NCBI RefSeq assembly: GCF_006345805.1 | Contig: NC_042998.1 | Coordinates: 86,428,001 to 86,492,000 of the forward strand | Direction: 5' to 3' | Source of the DNA: Octopus sinensis | Taxonomy: Eukaryota | DNA: 64,000 bases | Shown: in pieces, positions 26,365 to 39,578 of the stretch | Position numbering within the stretch: position 1 is the first letter of the stretch | How the letters are laid out: every line of letters starts with the position of its first letter | The notes under the pieces: model-generated | What the model saw: only the letters and a program-made list of their open reading frames with translations | Told to the model about the DNA's origin: nothing | Database searches by the model: none | Program-made: the position numbers and the translations under genes

Positions 26365-29300
26365 CATCATCATCATCAATTCTAAATTGCTGTCCTTTCT
26401 TAAGATGTACAACCAGCAGTAGTTACAGAGTTAGTTTCTGAGGTAACCATCACAACAATTTCGCACTGGTTTATCCATATTTGTATGAGTTAGATGAGTT
26501 TTCCACAGCACAGAATTTACCACTTGTTTTAGTTCTTTATTGTGCCCTTGGTGAGAGGTTCAGTTGTGTGAGATCGATTAACAAATTGTAGGTCATGTAT
26601 CATTGTACCTTACTTCACATTTTGAAGACCTCTACTGTCAAATGAATGTACTGGGGGTCAATTTGGTTTAATTTTTGGATGCTGACAAATGAAGTTACAC
26701 CAGTGCTTCCCAAACTTTTCATGCCAAATCGCAATATCGCCCACCTATCAGCCAAAAAATGCTCCATCGCTCACCTGTTTAAAAAAAAATCCCTGACACA
26801 ATCCTTCTTAACACTAAATCCCCTAGGGGACCCCCACCCACTTGTATCATTTGACACACTATATCATAGACTTAATGCCCGGTTAATAATATGCGTTTGT
26901 TTACAAATCTCTTATTGTAGGTTTAGTTTTGCCATTAGTGTGAATAAAATTCTAATGTTAACTCTATATTATGCAGACAGATTAACTTCAGTAAACTTGT
27001 GCTTTCTTTTACACTGATTTTTATTTTCCTCGAATGAACCATTGATCAGAACTGCCATGTAAAAATAATTAGTGATTGTATTATAAAGGAAAAGAATACA
27101 ACTTTTTAATGAGGACCTTGTGTCTGGTGCGATGCAGCTAGTGCAGATACATTTGATTTTAAACTTGTCAACTCTAGCTGCAAGTCGTCTTGTTGTGTTA
27201 CATCCAAGTAAAGTTCCAACATGGCTAAAACCAGACTGTTCTAGGTATGAGTTAGGAGAGGCTAGCAAAAGTAATTTCAGATATTTCCACAGATTGGGGT
27301 AGGAATTAAATATACTTTGATGCTACCACAAACCTTCTTTGCCATTACGGCAATATCACATTGTGGCATCATTTTCATTTTATAATTCTATCAATTCCTC
27401 CTGATCATCATCCTCACAATCAACTGCATCAACCCCAAATGGATTGCTATACCAACTTGGAATATTCAGCACAATAACATCTTGAAATTGCTCCACCGTG
27501 CCATAATGCAATGACTGTAAATATTTGCAATATGTAGTTAAATCCTCATCAACCAATTCATCTTTCAAAGAATCAAGTTGTAGAAATACAGCACTAATTT
27601 CAAAATGAAGTTAGTGATAAATGATTTACAATCAACGAGAGTTTTTCTGTTTCCCTGCAATAACTTATTCAAATCATTTAGTTTCATGACTCTATCACAA
27701 AAATAAATTGCATCTTGCAACCATCAATGAAGTGGATATTAGAGTATCTTGAAAGAAAGATATGATTATATGAAACAGTTCAACAAAACTTAAAACAGTT
27801 TCTTTTGACAGCTACTGCACTTTGGTATGGTATAAGAGTTTCGTGCATTCCTCATCATTTCTTAGACAGAGTTGATGGAAAATTCAATCAGACAAGGGAC
27901 TGGATTTCAATTTGTTCACAGTCTTGATAACTAACTGTAGTGCATCATTAAATCTATTGTTCATATTTTTTGCGACTAAATGCTACTGGTGTGCCAAGCA
28001 AAGAACAGTTAATACCTTGTGGGAAATTTCATGCTTGAAGAGAGATGTAAAACCTCTGTATCTTCCTACCATCGAAGGGACTCTGTCAGACAGGCAAGAA
28101 TATTACTGAGTGGGATACTATATTAAAAAAGAAAAACTTGAGAATGTGAATAATAGTTACACCTTTTGAATCAAATGGCAGTTTCTCTGTGAACAGCATT
28201 TCCTCACAAGGTTGAAGGTCTTCACTGAAATACTGGACATATACCATCATCAAACATTGATTGTCCACAACAGTTGACTCATCCACTTGTATAGAAAGTT
28301 CAGAATGCTGGAGAATATTAACGAGCTGATATTTGACATTGTTGGCCATTTCATCAATGTGTCGAGAAATTGTGTTATTACTAAGTGGAATCTTCATCAT
28401 AATGTTATCAGGTTTTTCATCCATAATGGTTGACAAAATCTCTTTGATAACCAGGCAAAGTAATGTTTCTCCAATTGTGTGAGACTTCCAGATTTAACAA
28501 CAAGTAATGCAATGTTGTATGATGCAATCAACCCATCATTCTCCTGTTTACTAGTTTTCTGGAGTAGCATGTTGAGTGTTTGTGTTTACTTTTTGAAAGA
28601 AGTGTTCAGTTGCAAAAAAAAGTTATAGAGGTTTAAAGTTTGATCATTTTCATCCAGTCAAGAAACACGATTTCAAAGCTGTAATTTTGTGTATGACTAC
28701 ACATTTTGTCAACATCCTGAAAATAGCACTTGTATTTTGATATGAAACTGTAGAATTACACACAGTATATAACCCCTCGTAGTGTTTTTTTGTTTTTTGG
28801 AGTTTTCATAAAATTTTTGGGAAATTGTATTCTACATGTGGGAATTCATAGGATTATGCAAAAAATAGGAGAAAAATTGTGGTGGAGCATAATTTAAGGC
28901 ATAGGCCTACTTCCCTGCTATTTTCAGCACATATGACAATCATCTCAATGACTGTGCGACAAAAATATTCGAACGATAAACAAGTCTGCTTTTTTTAATA
29001 CAAATGGATGTCTCGTGAGTAGTCAAATTGATAAAAGTGCATCCATATTCTACGCTTGCCTAGAAATAATTAAATGCTGACTTGATTTCTAAAAATTCTT
29101 TGTCACCCACAAAATGTTCACATCCTCCATCAAAATCTCAAATCACCCACTGTTTTCTAGAAATTTGCCCAATCACCCACCTGTAAGTTGAAATCGTCTG
29201 CTGGTGGGCAATATTGCCCACTTTGGGAAGCTATGAGTTACACAGTACCATGAGATGGTCTTGGAAAGAAATGCTTTTCAATTGCAGTAGTACTAGCATG

Positions 29301-30190
29301 GTTGTTTAACACAGGATCCAGAGAACTTATGCTGTCTCAATGGTTTGGCTATAAGACGAGACAAAAAAAATAAATTATTCTTAATGTTGAAAGTATCATA
29401 CTTGATTCATATTTGATTCTTTATCTGGGGGTCAAGATGCAAGTTCCTGATTCCAGAATATTTATAGACTCTTTCACATGCATTCTCTTTCACTTGCTCC
29501 CTCCCTTTCTTTAATTCTGTGGAGGAGTGAAGGAGACATCAGGACTGGAAGCAAGGTACTGGAAATTAGAGGAAGTGACATCATGCGTCCAACTTCAGAG
29601 ATTTGATTTCAGTAACATAATGCAATGAAATCTTCTTGGTGATCTGTTACTGTTCAGCATCCAATTGCACTTGGCACATGCAATGCAGAGGTTCCCAACA
29701 ATCACAACAGTGAAATGTATATAGGGAACAAATGATATAAACTCTGTTTACCATAATTTCTCTTACATTTGCTCTGTACATCATAACTAGTAGTGATACT
29801 ACTAAGTACAACAGTAACCAAATCACTATATTGGAAGCAGACTTGTGGAGTTCTAAACTCAACATTTGTAGTAGTACACCTAACTGTACACACAAGATAT
29901 ACTTTCTCTCTCTCTCTCTCTCTCTGTATATATATATATATATATATATATTATATCAAATTAGAGACAAAACCACTATTATGCAAATCAAACAAAGAAA
30001 GACTTAAGCCAATACATAAAATAATTTATATAAATTATTTTATGTTATTGGCTTAAGTCTTTCTGTGTTTGATTTGCATAATAGTGGTTTTGTCTCTAAT
30101 TTGATATAATATAATATTTTACTATTAAATTGGATTTAATCTTAAATCTGATTTTTCCTTGTAAATTTGGATTTATTCCCTAATATTTAT

Positions 30191-30226
<36 letters not shown>

Positions 30227-33200
30227 TCATCATCATCGTTTAACGTCCGCTTTCCATGCTAGCATGGGTTGGACGGTTCAACTGGGGTCTGGCAAGCCCG
30301 AAGGTTGCACCAGGCCAGTCAGATCTGGCTGTGTTTCTACAGCTGGATGCCCTTCCTAACGCCAACCACTCCGAGAGTGTAGTGGGTGATTTTATGTGCC
30401 ACCGACACAGGTGCCAGACGAGGCTGGTAGACGGCCACGCTCGGATGGTGTTTTTTATGTGCCACCGACACAGGTGCCAGACGAGGCTGGCAGACGGCCA
30501 CGCTCGGATGGTGTTTTTTATGTGCCACCGACACAGGTGCCAGACGAGGCTGGCAGACGGCCACGCTCGGATGGTGTTTTCTTATGTGTCACCAACACAG
30601 GTGCCAGACGAGGCTGGCAGACGGCCACGCTCGGATGGTGTTTTCTTATGTGTCACCAACACAGGTGCCAGACGAGGCTGGCGAACGGCCACGCTCGGAT
30701 GGTGTTTGTTACGTGCCCTCAGCACGGAGACCAGTCGATGCGGTACTGGCTACGGTCACGTTCGGATGGTTTTCTTATGTGCCACCGGCACTGGTACCAC
30801 AAGGATACATGTTCCATTGATGTTCATCTATTTTGATTTGGTTTGATTTGATTTGATTTGATTTGATTTGATTTTCACTTGCCTCAACAGGTCTTCACAA
30901 GTGTCACAAGAAGGAAGGTATGCACAGGTGGACTGACTACATCCCAGGTAGGGGCCACGGGTTATGGCTTCACTAGTCTTGCCGGGTCTTCTCACGCACA
31001 GCATACTTCCATAGGTCTCGGTCTCTAGTCATTTCCATGGTGAGACCTAACGTCCGAAGGTCGTGCTTCACCACCTCGTCCCAGGTTTCCTGGGTCTACC
31101 TCTTCCATGGGTTCCCTCAACTGCTAGGATTGGCACTTCTCACACACCTATCTTCATCTATTCTCGCCACATGACCATACCAGCGCAATCGTCTCTCTTG
31201 CACACCACAACTGATGCTTCTTAGGTACAACATTCTCTCAAGGTACTATATATATATATACAATGGGCTTCTTTTTGTTTCCATTTATAAAATTTACTCA
31301 CAAGGTTTTGGTCAGCCTGGGACTATAGTAGAAAACACTTATCCAAGATACTGTCCAGTGGGACTGAACCTAAAACTATATGGCTGGGGAGCAAACCATA
31401 CCAGTACCAATGTTGTTTTTAATGTGAAATTTTGTTTTTAATGAATTTCTGTATAACTCAAGTTTAGAACTAGCTACATAAAATGTGTATCATTATTCTT
31501 TCTTGCATATGATGGTATACAAATGTTTTTGTTATAAGATAAATAGGTTGAGCAAGTACATTTGATGATATTAAAATTTTCATAAGAAACAGGATTCTGT
31601 GTAGTTGGTATGCTATTCTTCCACACTTCTACAGGTTAACATTTTGTTCCGAGTCTCTAGTTTCCATTCAATTTCAGCAACATTTTTTATTTCATTTATT
31701 AGTGTTGTTAATGATAAAAAGTTTGAAACTGACAATCTTTGCTATATGATTGATTGATTGATTGATTCTAGTTTCAGCTTATGAGCTGTGGCCATGCTGG
31801 GGCACCGCCATTTGGTGTTGCTACTTGGTTTCACTTTACGAAAGCTTTCTAGCAGCTGCCATTTGGTGCATGAGAGAGTTCGATGCAGCTGCCCTCATCT
31901 GCCCCTCCTGCCGTGAATTTGGTTCATCTGGGACACCTGACAGGAAGAGATCCAGCTTCATTTTAAAGACATCTGCATCCACCCCATGCAGGTCTCTCAG
32001 GTTCTTCGGAGGATATTGAAGAGCTGTGGGCCTCAGAAGCCCAGGCTATCACAGAATCTTGTCCTACATCTTGATGGCAAGTTGGAGTCCTAGGCACCAC
32101 GCAGTGGCGCCCAGTTCTGGCATTTGCGTAACTCTCGATGCCAAAGTTCAGGACACGTCCCTCCAGGATCTTCCAGATGTATATTATGGCATATCTTTCC
32201 CGCCTATGCTCCAGGGAATATAGTTTTAATCTCTTGAGTCTTTCCCAGTAGCTTACATTCTGCATAGAGGCTATCTTCTTCGTGTAGCTACGTTGGATCG
32301 CCTCGAGCTCTGTGATCAACTTGACACTGGATGGTGACCATAACTGAGAGCAGTAGTCAAAGTGCTTTAGGACAAGTGTCCTCCAGAGGACCATCATGGT
32401 TTCTTGTTCTCTTGTTCTAAATGTTCTGAGGATCCATCCGGCCAGTCGTCTACATTCATTGCCAATTAGCAACATGTACACGAAAGGTCGCGTCATCACT
32501 CATGTAAATACCTAGGTCACGCACTGATTGTGCCTCTGGATTGCTATTCCTCCGGGTCCAGTGTATTCATTGGGTATTGCATTTAGTTTTGCATGCTGAT
32601 AGTATAGAGCTTGAAACTTTTCAGCATTGAACTGCATGCTATTCTTTTCGGCCCACTTGTATATTTTGTCTAGCTCACATTGCAGGTGTTTAGTGTCCTC
32701 AGGGTTCTGTATTGCCTGTGAAACTTTTGTATCATCTGCATAACTTGTGATCGTGGCTCTCTGCGTGGCTGAGGGCATGTCTGAGAGGGCCATTATGAAC
32801 AGTAGTGGTCCCAGAACAGTGCCCTGCGGAACACCGCTCACTATTTGCGTGTTAATGGAAGTGGCCCCATTGGCCACTACCACCTGTCTTCTATCTTTCA
32901 GAAAGTCATGAAGCCATTCTCCCAGTTTTCCAACTATGTTGAGATCACGCAGTTTGTGACATATCATTCCATGATCGACTTTATCAAAGGCCTTTGCAAA
33001 GTCGAGATATATCACTTCCACATTTGAGTGGTTGAGCAGCCGTTTCAGCACCCAGTCATAGTGTTGTAGGAGCTGAGTTAAACAGCTTCTCCTGGTTGGA
33101 AACCATGTTGGGTGTCGGGCAGCAAGTCATTCTCTTCAAGGAAGGTGATCAGCTTCTTCTGACTATTCGTTCCATGACCTTGCTGATGTGTGAGGTCAGA

Positions 33201-36200
33201 GAGATAGGTCTATAGTTCTTGGCTTCCGCTCTGCTACCCCTTTATGAATGGGGCATATTTTACCTTCCTTCAGTTTTCTTGGAAGTTTGCCAGCTGCAAG
33301 GAAGCTCTGAAAGAGGAACTGCAGTGGTCTTGCTAGGACTCTCTTACATGCTTTTAGGAGGATTGCCGGAATCCATCGGGGCCAGTAGCTGAGTCTGTTT
33401 TCATTTCATCTATAGCCTTGATTACATCGTCTTCCTTTATATCGATGTAATCTATCATCGCCGCCTCTGATTTTATATCTGCAGTGGTAAAAAAGTCAGT
33501 TGGATTGGTGATTTGGAGATGCCCAAGGGGTGGAGTGAAGACACTCTTGAATTGCTCATTCAGTATTTCACTTACCCTCATTGGTTTTCCTGTAAGTGTG
33601 CCATCCTTTTTGAGGAGTGGCCCTATTCTACAGTGAACCGTAGCTGTTTCTTTGGCATACCTGTAGAAAGCTCTGGGGTTAGATTTTATGTTGTCTATAG
33701 CCCAGGCTTCTTTGTCTGCTTTTTCTTTTCATGGGAGAGTTGCAGACATTTTTCGATTTCCAACAGTTTTATTTTTAGGCGGGACTTTTCACTGCTTTCA
33801 ATCTGTTTGTTTAGGCGATTTGAAAATTTTGTACGCCGTCTCATTAAAATTTTCCTCTCTCTGGGGATTTTGTTCTTGTGTACAGTGGCTTTCTCTCTGG
33901 GACACATTTGTAGCATATGGCTTGCATTACAGACATGAATTGTTGAAGTTTCACGTCGATGTCTGGCGAGGAGAGACATTTAGGCCAGTTTTGTTTGAGG
34001 ATCTCTTTCTCAATTTGTTTCCAGTTTGCCTTATGGTAGTTCAAGCTGGAAAGATTCTGAGGGTTTCTTGTAGGCTGCATGTCCGTGCTCTCTTTTGGCC
34101 CGTACATGGTCAGCTCTATCATGTTGTGATCCGAGAGTAGTGTCGGTGTCACTTTCAAATTATGGATGAGATCCATGTCATTTGTGAAGCAGAGATCCAG
34201 TGTGTTACCTGCCCTGGTTGGTTGGAGTATTACCTGCTCCATGTACAGGGTGTTTATGAGGTTCAGGAGGGACCTCGCCTGTCCTCGTTCACATCTTGTC
34301 ATTCCTGGGAGAGAAAGGCCCTCGGGCCATCTGACATTGGGCAGATTGAGGTCTCCCATAAGAAGTACACTTATGTGTTGTTCTAATGTGGTTAGAACTT
34401 CTTCTATTTTTATAAGGCAGTCTTCAAACTTGCCCACATGGCTTGGGGCATCTGGAGGGCGATATGTAGCACACACAACTACATCAAGTTGCCTAATATG
34501 TACAATTAGTGTGTCACACACCGAGTTTGAGTATGACAAGAGGACCTGGGGTGTGAGGTCCTCACGGATGTACATAGCAACACCTCCATGACTCCTTTCT
34601 TTCCTGTCGGTCCGTAGTACAGCATACTGTGGTATGTGTAGCTCCGCATCTGCTATGTCCGGTTTCAGGTGCGTTTCCGTGAGTGCTATGCATAAGGCTT
34701 GATTGCATGCAACAAAGTCTCTCAGGAACGGGATCTTTGTCCTGTTACTGAGTGTTTGCAGTCCTCTGATGTTCAGTAGGAGCATCGAGGTGAGATGTAC
34801 GTTGTTGCCGGCGGTGTCCATCCTGGGTCTGTTTGCTGTGGTGGTCTGGTATATAGTGGGTAGTCCCACCTGCAGGCTTGGGTTTGATGAAGCCAGGTCA
34901 GCTGCTGTACAATCTTTTGTGCCATGCACAAAAAAGATTTTTGCTCAGCAGCTGCCCTTTCGACAACATCATGTTGGTGGTTTGTGGCACGCACAACATC
35001 TGCGTACCTCCGCTTTGGGGCAAGTGGTGTGTGGTCCATCCCTTTTCCTTGTGTTGATGGTTTGTCCATCTGCCTCGTGTCTCTGTGGCAGGGTCCCCGA
35101 TGTGCAAAGCGGCAGCCTGCACCTTCCTTTCCATGCCAGCAGGAACCTCTCAGGTAGAACCTACACACCCGTGTCTTAATGATTGATGTGTCTCTTTGTC
35201 TCAATTGATTGATAATATGCAGTATATTGTGATTGTTTTCAGAATTAGTCACCAGTATTTAGGACTACTTCTTTCCTTTATTTCAAGATGGTAGGTTGTT
35301 TATTGCAAAGAGATCTAGCTACATTTTCTAATATATTTAGTGACCAAGTAGGGCCTCATTCAGTTGTTGTATAGAAGTTTTAGTTGGATTTTATGGTTGG
35401 TACATCAGCATTTGTATTAGACAAAACAGGGAGATTTTCATCTTTAAAGATCTGATGCTATATTATATAAGCCCTTATTTGAAAATATGTTTAATTTGAT
35501 TGTTTCTAATTTTAGTTTTTAACTCTCTATTAGCTAATGATAAAGTAGGGTAGTAAGTAAGCAGAACATTGCAGCTTTGAATTTATTTGAATTCACCTGA
35601 CTCTAATATCTCACGCTCCATTTTGAGAGAAAGAGAACACACAAACTGGGTTACATCAGAACTGATTAGTATCTAAATAGTTTCAAAAGTGCAATTCTTT
35701 ATTTGCTGAACTATGGCTTACTCTTCAACTTCTAGTTTTTAACCCTAAAATTAGTCATTAATTAATTTGTAGTATAATATCTTAGCTAATTTTTTCAGTT
35801 ATGGAAATATTTATTTATATTTTAGGCTACTGATGAAGATTCAGGCAAAGATGGAGAAGTGACATATGCAATATTTGGAGACAATAGGTAAGTAAATAAT
35901 ATTCAGATTGTGATTTTGTTTGTATATGAAAGTTGAAATTGTATCTAACTGCTGGTTCATTTCTTTGTATCTTACATCTAGCATTGCTTTATATCATAAA
36001 TTTTAATTTGTTGATAACATTATAAAGTAAAATGCCAGACGTATACTTATAGATGCATGGAAAACTTTTGTCTTGTTAAATATTACTGATGATGGAATAA
36101 TGTGTGTGTTATTATAAATATTATAGTAAAAAGTTAATTGGTTCAAATTTCATAGATCATCTAAATGAATGACAAACTTTCTTTGATTCAGATTAGGATA

Positions 36201-38577
36201 AAATAAATTACCTAATCTAATACTCCGAGTCTCTGTTTAAGTTTTAGATATTCTAAAAATTTTTTAAACTCTTATCTAATCATCATCATTCAACATCATC
36301 GTTTAGCGTCCGTTTTCCATGCTAGCATGGGTTGGACGGTTCTACTGGGGTCTGTGAAGCCAGAAGGCTTCATCAGGCCCAGTCAAAGCTGGCAGTGTTT
36401 CTACGGCTGGATGCCCTTCCTAACGCCAACCACTCCGTGAGTGTAGTGGGTGCTTTTTACGTGCCACTCGCACAGGTGCCAGACAGAGCTGGCAAACGGC
36501 CATGAACGGATGGTGCTTTTTATGTGCCACTGGCACGAGGGCCAGGCGAGGCTGGCAACGACCATGAACGGATGGTGCTTTTTATGTGCCACTGGCACGA
36601 GGGCCAGGCGAGGCTGGCAACGGACAGGAACGGATGGTGCTTTTTACGTGCCATCGGCACGAGGCCAGTCGGGGCGGTGCTGGCAACGGTCGCGAAACGG
36701 AAGGTTCTCTTACATGCCACCGGCACTGTTAACACATCTGCAATTTCCATTGATCGATTTCGAGATAGCAAATATTATTATTTCCTATTGCATCATCATC
36801 ATCATCACTGCTGCTACCACCACAACCACTACCACCACCACAACTATCACCACCATCTTTTAATGTTTGTTTTGCATGCTGTCATGGGCTAGACAGTTTG
36901 ACCAGGACTGGCAAGCTGGGAAGCTGTAGTAGGCTCCAGTTTGATTTAGCTTGGTTTCTATGGCTGGATACCCTTCCTAATGCCAACCACTTTGCAGCAG
37001 TGTGTGCTCAGTGCTTTTAATGTGCCACTGGCATGAGCATTACATGCCACTGGCACAAGTGCTTTTTACGTAGCACTGGCATGAGTGCTTTTTATGTGGC
37101 ACTAGCACAAGACTCTTGCAGGCCAATCCTTTTCACCAGGGGATGTGGCCTTAACACTTCTGCTGTGGAGGATGGGTCTTCTTAAGTACAGCAAGGCACC
37201 AGGTATCTCAGTCCTTTGTCATCTTGTCCAAAAGGTTCAGTGTTCTGCAGTCATCCATCAGTAATTTATTCCATGTCTTCCTGGGTCTCCCTCTTCCACG
37301 AGTTCCATCCATTTGAGTGAACAACATTTCTTCATGGAGCTGTTGGCATTACAAACCATTGGCCTTGGTGCCACTCAGTTTGGTATAAGTCAAAATAGCT
37401 TATAATATTGGAAAAGGATATGGTCAGATAATTCCTCCCTTTTGGATGATATGTAGCTTTATGTGAAGTACCAATCAAGTACAGGGGTCGATGTAATCAA
37501 CTAACTCTGTCCCCTAAATTTCAAACTTTGTGCCTATATTAGAAACAGTTATTATTGGACAAAATATTTAGCAGCATCTCTTCCAGCTCTTTAAATTCTA
37601 AGTTCAAATACCACTAAGGCTAACTTTGTCTTCCATCCTTTCAGTGGGAAATAAAACAACACTGTCAAGTACTGGGGGTCAATATAATCGACAAAATCTC
37701 TCCCTCTTAAAATTAATCAATTCGGTTTCACTTATTTTTGCTTTTTCTAGTTTTGTATATGTCTTCTCATTTTCTCTTCTGAAACAGTTTCACTATAGAC
37801 AGCAAAAATGGTACTATATCAGTCTCAAAGAAGTTGGATTATGAAAAAGTAATTTTTTATAGTTTACTTGTTGAAGCCACTGATGGAGGTAATCGAAAAG
37901 CGACTGTTGATTTAGATGTTTTTGTGGAGGGCATTAATGATAATGCCCCTATATTCAGACCAAAATTCTATACTGGACTTCTGAAAGAGGGCAAAACCAG
38001 TTTTGAGTATGAAATCACTGTTCAAGTAAGTTATTCTTTGTCTGTATTTTATTCCATTGTCTTGATGTGTTTGCAGGAAATAGATTTCACTGTAGTCTCA
38101 TATAATTACAGAAATTATTCTTGTCAACACTTTTTAGCATTTAGCTTTTTATTCAATGGATTCTGGCTGCTGGATTGAAGCAAATTGTATTTATTTCTCT
38201 GTATTTTTTTTGTTGCTGTTTGTGATAAATGTAATCTAGTCTCTTGTAGATGACTACTTCAAAAACGCAGTAGTATATACTATACACTCTTTAAAAGAGC
38301 AAAAATCTGCACCATGGAGTGAAATATAATCTAGAAAATCTGCCATTTAACTAGAATGTTATAAAATCTATGACAAAACAACTCTCTTCTGTAGAAACCC
38401 TTCTACAAAGGTAAACTTCAAATTCAACAAGAATAATAGAAAATCCAGTTATTTCATAAGACCTTCTATAAAAAAAATCATTTCAATGCATAATCATAGA
38501 AACTTTCTAAATAATAATTGTTAAAAACATAGATCTATTCCTCTGGATAATCAGTACTAAATGTGTTGAGTGCTTCT

Positions 38578-38624
<47 letters not shown>

Positions 38625-39540
38625 CATCATCATTTAACGTCCGCTTTTCATGCTAGCATGAGTTGCACAATTTGACTGAGGACTGGCGAACCAGATGGCT
38701 GTACCAAGCTCCAATCTTGATCTTGCGGAGTTTCTACAGCTGGATGCCCTTCCTAATGCCAACCACTCTGAGAGTGTAGTGGGTGCTTTTATGTGCCGCC
38801 CGCATGAGGGACAGTCAGGCGGTACTGGCAACAGCCACGCTCAAATGGTGCTTTTTTACATGCCACCTGCACAGGAGCCTGTCCAGCGGCACTGGCAACG
38901 ACCTTGCTCAAATGTTTTTTTTTATGTGCCAGTAAGGCGACACTGGTTACAATCACGCTTGAATGGTGCTTTTTATGTACCACCGGCACGGAAGTTAGTT
39001 AGCTGCTCTGGCAATGATCACGCTCAGATGGTGCTCTTAGCACTTCGATAGCACGGATGCCAGTCATCGAATTTGATTTCGATTTTACTTGCCTCAACAG
39101 GTCTTCGTAAGCAGAGTTTAGTGTCCAATGAAAGAAAGGTATGCATAAGTGGGCTGGTTACACCCCTGGCATAGGCCACGAGGTTATGGTCTCATTTAGC
39201 TTGCCGGGTCTTCTCAAGCACAGCATATTTCCAAAAGTCTCAGTCACTAGTCATTGCCTCGGTGAGGCCTAATGTTTGAAGGTTGTGCTTCACCACTTCA
39301 TCCCAGGTCTTCCTGGGTCTACCTCTTCCACAGGTCCCTCAACTGCTGGGTAGTGACACTTTTTCACACAGCTATCCTCATCCATTCTCGCCACATGACC
39401 ATACAGTGCAGTCGTCTCTCTTGCACACTACATCTTATGCTTCTTATGTCCAACTTTTGTCTCAAGGTACGTACACTCTGTTGAGTATGCACACTGACAT
39501 TACACATCCATCAGATCATACTGGCTTCATTCCTTGTGAG

Positions 39541-39578
<38 letters not shown>

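Noticed and set aside
29647-29895. Cys/His-rich ORF (CCDCWEPLHCMCQ) suggesting a zinc finger
   Set aside because: Spacing fits no finger class I recognise, and there is no splice or homology support
30396-30790. Regularly spaced palindromic repeats resembling a CRISPR array (also 12960-13260, 25690-25940, 36460-36730)
   Set aside because: The intervening segments are homologous to each other rather than unique spacers, the arrays lie in RTE 3' UTRs in a eukaryotic intron, and no cas genes are present
30256-30846. Repetitive 146-196-aa ORFs (CHRHRCQTRLADGHARM / VPPTQVPDEAGRRPRSDG)
   Set aside because: A 63-bp unit is a multiple of 3 and GC-rich, so frames stay open by chance; frames shift at the 64-bp units and are not kept in other copies
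35790-35825. Alternative upstream acceptor for exon 6 (and the one 37 nt upstream of exon 7)
   Set aside because: The first adds an in-frame TAG and the second shifts the frame
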